Source: Nitrosopumilus sp. (lineage in GTDB: Archaea > Thermoproteota > Nitrososphaeria > Nitrososphaerales > Nitrosopumilaceae). From it: DNA of 64,000 nt. The position numbers and the translations under genes are program-made. The notes under the pieces were generated by a model. The model was not told the DNA's origin. It saw only the letters and a list, made by a program, of their open reading frames with translations, and did no database searches. Where the stretch lies: contig OZ241981.1 in assembly GCA_965204345.1 (NCBI GenBank), positions 1,504,001-1,568,000 of the forward strand. Reading direction: 5' to 3'. Positions 58,851 through 64,000 of the stretch are shown here, in pieces (position 1 is the stretch's first letter; every line of letters starts with the position of its first letter).

Positions 58851-59138
58851 TTAAGACGTAACTCTCTTTACTTCAATTTCTATTGTTGAAACGTTTCTAG
58901 TTCTACCGTCTTGTGACTCTAGTGACTCTGAGCCAATCTTGATTTCGCCGATAGCGTAGCCTGCATTTTCAGTCTTTCTTGCGATGATTTGAGCTACATC
59001 CACAGCACGTCCAATGCTGAGTCCTCTAGCTTTGATGTTGACGGTAGGTAAGTTTGCCAGTTGAATTAGCGCTGATGTTACATATGCCATCAATGGTTTC
59101 TTACCAATGAATATGGTGTCTCTGGTTTCATTTGACAT
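58851..59138 (-). CDS. albA: Chromatin protein Alba
   Basis: IFIGKKPLMAYV, IKARGLSIGRAVDVA and VSTIEI motifs. Confidence 0.95.
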   Translation of the reverse strand: MSNETRDTIFIGKKPLMAYVTSALIQLANLPTVNIKARGLSIGRAVDVAQIIARKTENAGYAIGEIKIGSESLESQDGRTRNVSTIEIEVKRVTS

Positions 59139-59192
59139 GTCACGTTTGGTATTTAACGATAATTTAAAGCTAAAAGGATTTTTCAGAATTAA

Positions 59193-59792
59193 ATGAAAAA
59201 AATAGAAAAATTTGAACTAATATTAACCAGAAAAAATGAATTTATTCATAACTTGGAAGATATTTCAAAAGTTTTAGAGATGGGAAGCAGTCAAGAAAAA
59301 ATCGAGATTTTAGAGACTCTGGATAATGCCGATAATCCGGAGATTTTGGATAAAATAATCTCAAAACTAGATGATGATAGCATTGAGGTAAGGGGAGAGG
59401 CATTTAGTGCGCTTGTACTAAATAAAAACAAAATTTCAAATCTTTTAATCACGAGTCTGAATACCCCAAATAAAAACATCAAAGGTTTCGTACTGCTAGT
59501 ATTGGCAAACAGAAATGAAACGTCTGCAATTCCTCAAATAACAAAGATGGCAAAAGATGAACAACCAATGGTAAGATCATGTGCACTTGGAGCATTAGGG
59601 CATCTCAAGGCTCAAGAAGCTAAAGAGATCTTTGTAGAAGCTCTAGAAGACTCTGAGATCGAAGTAAGAAAAAGTGCATTACAGGCAATCATTGATTTGA
59701 AAATTCAAATCCCAGAAGAGAAGATAAAGGAAATTCTCAAAGAAAAGGATGCAGAAATAGAAAAAATGATCTGTCTATTAAAAAATAGGTGA
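59193..59792 (+). CDS. HEAT-repeat protein
   Basis: Repeated L.D....VR..A..AL units. Start may be further downstream. Confidence 0.85.
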   Translation: MKKIEKFELILTRKNEFIHNLEDISKVLEMGSSQEKIEILETLDNADNPEILDKIISKLDDDSIEVRGEAFSALVLNKNKISNLLITSLNTPNKNIKGFVLLVLANRNETSAIPQITKMAKDEQPMVRSCALGALGHLKAQEAKEIFVEALEDSEIEVRKSALQAIIDLKIQIPEEKIKEILKEKDAEIEKMICLLKNR

Positions 59793-59903
59793 ACCGGGAG
59801 GTCTCAACTTGCTCAGACACCACACACCTGCAATTCATGCAAACGCAATAGCAGCAGCAGGAATCCCAAGCAAAATAAATAACATTGCTGCTTCTGTTTT
59901 ACA

Positions 59904-61040
59904 ATGAAATGCACTATATGCGGACTAGTACTAGTTCTAGCAATTGGAGTTCTCGTACCTGTTGCATATGCTGATATGCTCTCACCACTAAAACAACTTG
60001 AAAGCGGCATACCTCTGTACCAAATACGGTGTAATGCTGAGAATACTACACTATTGCAGTCACCTAGTGGCAGACCAGCTTGCGTAACTATGGATACGTC
60101 AGACAAACTACTTGACAGAGGTTTTACTTTGGTCAAATCAGTACCACAAAACACGTCAACTGAATCATTGGATAGTTTGGAACCCGAAAAATTATACGAC
60201 ATGGATGTATACCATAGTTCTACCCATTTTAACATCCATGATTACACTTATGAATTTCGTGGTTTTCCTGTTGTCGGTGAAACTGGTGAGCTCATCTTAA
60301 CCATGACACATAAGATATTGGCCGATGATGCAATCAAGATACTTGGTTATGACGAAGATGGAAATCCAATCGAAGTTCCTGCAGTATATGGAGTGAATGC
60401 TCATCTATACCCTGTAAAACTGGACATAGCATTTCTTCCACCATCAACTATTAGGGTCTACGACATTGTATCAAACATTAACTCTGATGATCCTTTTGTG
60501 TTTTTGCCCTATGACCACACTACAGAAACCACGATTGCAGAGCCAGGCAAAACATATACCGTAAAGGCAAAAGTTGATGTGCTTGAAGAAGGATTTGTGT
60601 TTTTTTATGCCAAGGGTTTAGAAGGTGATTATGTGCAGACATCCTATGCAATTGGCAAAGATGAAACACTGGAATTCTGGGAATATGAAAAATATGACGA
60701 AACGTATCTTGATCATACACTTCGAAAACGTCCCGTAACTGGAGACAGTCAATCACAACTACCCGTTGATCAACTTGTTCCGCCGGAACCCAAGATAGCA
60801 CCAGAACCCACTACGCCGCGAAACCATGAAGAAGAATATGAAGAATGGAAAAACTACATAGCATCGTATCACTTGGAAGAAGAGTCTCCTTATGAAGACG
60901 TTCTAGAAGAGTTAGTTCAGTATGAATTTACAATTCAAAACATGAGGGAATTCTTTGCTAACAGGATGAATTACACTAATGCTGTAATTGATGAGCTAAT
61001 CAGTTCATTGCCTGATGATTATGGTGCTGGATCTAGATGA
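59904..61040 (+). CDS. Secreted/surface protein with a Nitrososphaerota-type SPLKQ...C...PACV domain
   Basis: Signal peptide (...VPVAYA) followed by SPLKQLESG..IRC..SGRPACV..L..RG; acidic C-terminus. Confidence 0.75.
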   Translation: MKCTICGLVLVLAIGVLVPVAYADMLSPLKQLESGIPLYQIRCNAENTTLLQSPSGRPACVTMDTSDKLLDRGFTLVKSVPQNTSTESLDSLEPEKLYDMDVYHSSTHFNIHDYTYEFRGFPVVGETGELILTMTHKILADDAIKILGYDEDGNPIEVPAVYGVNAHLYPVKLDIAFLPPSTIRVYDIVSNINSDDPFVFLPYDHTTETTIAEPGKTYTVKAKVDVLEEGFVFFYAKGLEGDYVQTSYAIGKDETLEFWEYEKYDETYLDHTLRKRPVTGDSQSQLPVDQLVPPEPKIAPEPTTPRNHEEEYEEWKNYIASYHLEEESPYEDVLEELVQYEFTIQNMREFFANRMNYTNAVIDELISSLPDDYGAGSR

Positions 61041-61930
61041 ATAAGACACAACAGGCGACACTACTTTCTACGATTCCAGTTATTCTAGTCATGCTTGCTG
61101 TGTATTATTTGCCTGTTTCTGATATGGATGAGAAGGAACAGACATCAGACACCATGGATTACAGTGTTCCAGGCGATGAGGACTCATTTTGTTTTCATCA
61201 TCCAATTCCCTCTCCATCTTTGCCATATTTCAAACTGCGAGAAAGTATCTGCGGTACTTGGGGGAATGTCACAAAAACCCTTTTGTCAAGAGGTACTTGT
61301 CAGGGCCAATATACTCCTGAATGCTACACCGAATCATTTTTAGACGATTATAATCTTGTGGATGATGCGCCTAGACGAACTTGTCAGGGCCAACATTATC
61401 CTACATGCTACATCGAATCATCGTCAGGTGAAATGTTGCTTTTTGCGCCTTCTGTGGGTCCCCCAGACTATCCTGCTTACCCTGATGAGGAATCATATTG
61501 TTATCACTATCCTGTTTGGTCAGACGGTGAATCAAAGGCAAGTATTTGCGGCACATGGGAAAATGTCACAAAGACTCTGATATCCAAATATCATTGTCAG
61601 GGTGAACGTCATTATGAATGTCCAATCGAGTCTGCATCAGGTGAGGTAACCCTCTTTTCACCTTTGTGGAGAACTATACAGCCTTCTTTTGATTATAATG
61701 ACGGTCCATTTTGTTATCATTACCCTCTTTTGCCAGATGCTGAACCACGAGAAAGCATTTGCGACAACACTTGGGTACGTGTTACAGCAACTCTTTTGTC
61801 AAGAGATCACTGCATAGGTGAGCCTGACTATACATGCAACATCGAATCATCGTCAGGACAAACAATTGCTTATTCGCCACTACTGAATCCCGAACAGTGG
61901 CACACCGCTAGTTGGAGATATGATGACTGA
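61037..61930 (+). CDS. Membrane-anchored Cys-rich repeat protein
   Basis: N-terminal TM segment and three copies of C(Y/F)H(Y/H)P...SIC..W..VT.TL.S...C.G....C..ES. Confidence 0.8.
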   Translation: MNKTQQATLLSTIPVILVMLAVYYLPVSDMDEKEQTSDTMDYSVPGDEDSFCFHHPIPSPSLPYFKLRESICGTWGNVTKTLLSRGTCQGQYTPECYTESFLDDYNLVDDAPRRTCQGQHYPTCYIESSSGEMLLFAPSVGPPDYPAYPDEESYCYHYPVWSDGESKASICGTWENVTKTLISKYHCQGERHYECPIESASGEVTLFSPLWRTIQPSFDYNDGPFCYHYPLLPDAEPRESICDNTWVRVTATLLSRDHCIGEPDYTCNIESSSGQTIAYSPLLNPEQWHTASWRYDD

Positions 61931-61997
61931 CTAGCCAGTAACTTTGATAGAGTTTACGCTTAATCACAATGGATGTAAATGTATACGCCTATGATCT

Positions 61998-62603
61998 CTA
62001 AAAGTTATTTTTGAGGTAGTTATTTACCAATGCTTCTCCTCTTTCTGCATTATTTAAATGAAATTCATCTTCATTTTTTTGTTCATCAATAATCTGTAAA
62101 AATAATCGACTTTTTGGCAATCCTGTAATCCAACTGTAAATATCACACTGATCAATAGCATATTGACGATTTTTTTTTAATCGTCTTCTCGAAGTAATGA
62201 ATTTTGCCTCAATTATGGTATCCTCATTTTTATCATCTAACATACCAGTTATGTAATACACATTTTCATTGAAGACAATACTTTTCTTTATGAAATCTTC
62301 TTTGAATCCTCTGCTCACAAAACCATTTGTTGCGTGTAAATATGAACCCATTTTCATTGAAGCTGCCTGTGATGATAATCTTCGGATACGATCTTCAAGT
62401 TCCTTTAATGTCATATCTCCGATTTTCTTTGTCTTATCTTCTTCATCCTTATAGTGAATATCAGCTAAAATAGTACTGACTGAAATGACTAGATGTTCAT
62501 GATTTGTTTCATCCAGATTAAACATAGGCCAAGTTCCATCTTCTGCAGATCGTCGAATTATCTCTTTATCGCATAAATGACAAGTTGTCCTAAAATCACC
62601 CAT
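61998..62603 (-). CDS. Putative PD-(D/E)xK (Cas4/RecB-like) nuclease with an N-terminal Zn-binding motif
   Basis: N-terminal CHLC...HEH, then G..LH, ITGMLD...IIEAK and Q...Y motifs. Confidence 0.6.
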   Translation of the reverse strand: MGDFRTTCHLCDKEIIRRSAEDGTWPMFNLDETNHEHLVISVSTILADIHYKDEEDKTKKIGDMTLKELEDRIRRLSSQAASMKMGSYLHATNGFVSRGFKEDFIKKSIVFNENVYYITGMLDDKNEDTIIEAKFITSRRRLKKNRQYAIDQCDIYSWITGLPKSRLFLQIIDEQKNEDEFHLNNAERGEALVNNYLKNNF

Positions 62604-62796
62604 ATTTTCAATATGTACATCAAATCTAAAAACATGATCCCATAAACTGTCAGAACATTTTTGATTGATCCAAAATTTCTACTTTAATTCAAAAATGTTC
62701 TGATAATCAGATTCTTAGGTCAATCTACTGTCACATCCGAATCAATTAATAAATCCTCATTAAGGTTAAATTTTGATACGTTTTCTTGTATCTTAG

Positions 62797-63351
62797 ATGG
62801 GATTAGATGTATTTGACGCAATTGCATTAACCCTGTATGCAAATGATAATGAAATTACAAACAAAACAACGGTACAAAAATTGGTGTATTTTCACACAGA
62901 GGTAATCAAAGACTTGGACATATCGAGTTACACTCATCATTTCTATGGACCATTTAATAGTGAAGTTTCAACTGCGCTAGAAGATATGTCTGAATTTTCT
63001 TATATTGATCAAAATATAATTTCTGGGTATTATGAAACTTATAACTACAAATTAACTGAAAATGGAATCAAATATGCTGAAACTGCACAACAAAAATATC
63101 CTGACGAATTTAACATAATCACTAAAACCCTCCAAATATGTAAAGAATATTGTGAATTGAAACCTACACCGTTATCGTATGCTGCAAAAGCACATTACAT
63201 TTTAGCAAACTCTAGTGATAAACTTCAAGATAAATACTCGGCAGGTGACGTAAAAACAATTGCAAAAGATTTTGATTGGAATATTTCAAAAGATGATGCA
63301 ATAACTGGACTTAAACTACTTCAAAACCTAAATCTTGTCTCTGCCTCATAG
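62797..63351 (+). CDS. wHTH protein of YwgA/SocA(DUF4065)-like antitoxin type
   Basis: TTVQKLVYF, HFYGPFNSEV and YKLTENG motifs. Confidence 0.6.
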   Translation: MGLDVFDAIALTLYANDNEITNKTTVQKLVYFHTEVIKDLDISSYTHHFYGPFNSEVSTALEDMSEFSYIDQNIISGYYETYNYKLTENGIKYAETAQQKYPDEFNIITKTLQICKEYCELKPTPLSYAAKAHYILANSSDKLQDKYSAGDVKTIAKDFDWNISKDDAITGLKLLQNLNLVSAS

Positions 63352-63773
63352 CTACTTTAGATCTAAAGCAATAAGAGATCTATTTTATGGTTTCATTGAT
63401 CTTTCTGAATTAGAAACAAAAGTAATTGATACTGAAATTTTTAGAAGACTCTAATTTATCAAACAGCTTTATCATGCTTATGCTGTATATCCTTCCTCAA
63501 TTCATGCTAGGTTTGAACACTTGCGAGGAACCAATTTTGTTTCTAATATTATGGCTAATGAATTAGGGTTTACCAAACATGATGGTTGGTTTGCCATGTG
63601 TTTGGCTTGTACAATCTGTCATTCTCCTATGAAATAATGATGACTTGCATAACACGGAAGATATGTATCCACTCTTGCAGATAATTTTCTGAAAAGATAT
63701 CATTACTTGGAAAAGATGAAACTTTGATACAAGATTTGTGCCTGAAAAACAGATATCCATTACTTTGAGAAAG

Positions 63774-63847
63774 TGGACCGGAAGGGATTTGAACCCTCGA
63801 TCCGATGCATGCCATGCACCTATCCTACCAGACTAGACGACCGGCCC
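63774..63847 (-). tRNA. tRNA-Ala(GGC)
   Basis: GGGCCGG...ATGGCAT...GTTCAAATCCCTTCCGGTCCA, with the G3:U70 Ala determinant. Confidence 0.93.
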
Positions 63848-64000
63848 AATAATCAGTATTCTGATTGAAATACGTTTTTCAAATTGGTTATTAACGTTTA
63901 GCGGTCTAAAAGAAAATCATCACATAGAACCAACACAATATATTTAACCTTGGAAATGCTGACTGAATCGTTATGGTAGTAGATAACAAGGCAACTGTCA

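Larger units (their letters stand above)
59789..63790. mobile_element. Probable accessory island at the tRNA-Ala 3' end
   Basis: GTGAACCGGGAGG (59789-59801) vs GTGGACCGGAAGG at the tRNA-Ala 3' end (11/13); encloses non-core genes. Confidence 0.4.

Noticed and set aside
63563-63815. Short minus-strand ORFs near tRNA-Ala
   Set aside because: One overlaps the tRNA, and neither has recognisable motifs.

Overview
Chromosomal window of an ammonia-oxidising archaeon (Nitrosopumilus-like, Nitrososphaerota). The assignment rests on the 11-subunit complex I operon (nuoABCDHIJKMLN), acetyl/propionyl-CoA carboxylase, Alba, RFC, a stand-alone 5S rRNA and archaeal tRNAs. About 1-34.9 kb and 52.2-59.8 kb are core housekeeping genes. 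Three accessory islands sit at tRNA 3' ends: tRNA-Asp (about 35.0-50.4 kb, three degenerate att-like copies), tRNA-Lys (about 50.6-52.2 kb) and probably tRNA-Ala (about 59.8-63.8 kb). The standout is inside the tRNA-Asp island. A PLD-nuclease/SF2-helicase gene is coupled to a Type ISP/IIG-like N6-adenine methyltransferase-specificity gene. An inverted, 5'-truncated second copy of the 3' 60% of that methyltransferase gene starts 4 bp after a tyrosine recombinase. The two copies alternate identical blocks (307 bp and 127 bp perfect, then about 276 bp and 350 bp near-perfect) with divergent putative DNA-recognition segments. This is the architecture of an invertible, combinatorial restriction-modification specificity shufflon in an archaeon. 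All assignments come from reading motifs by eye; no database searches were run.
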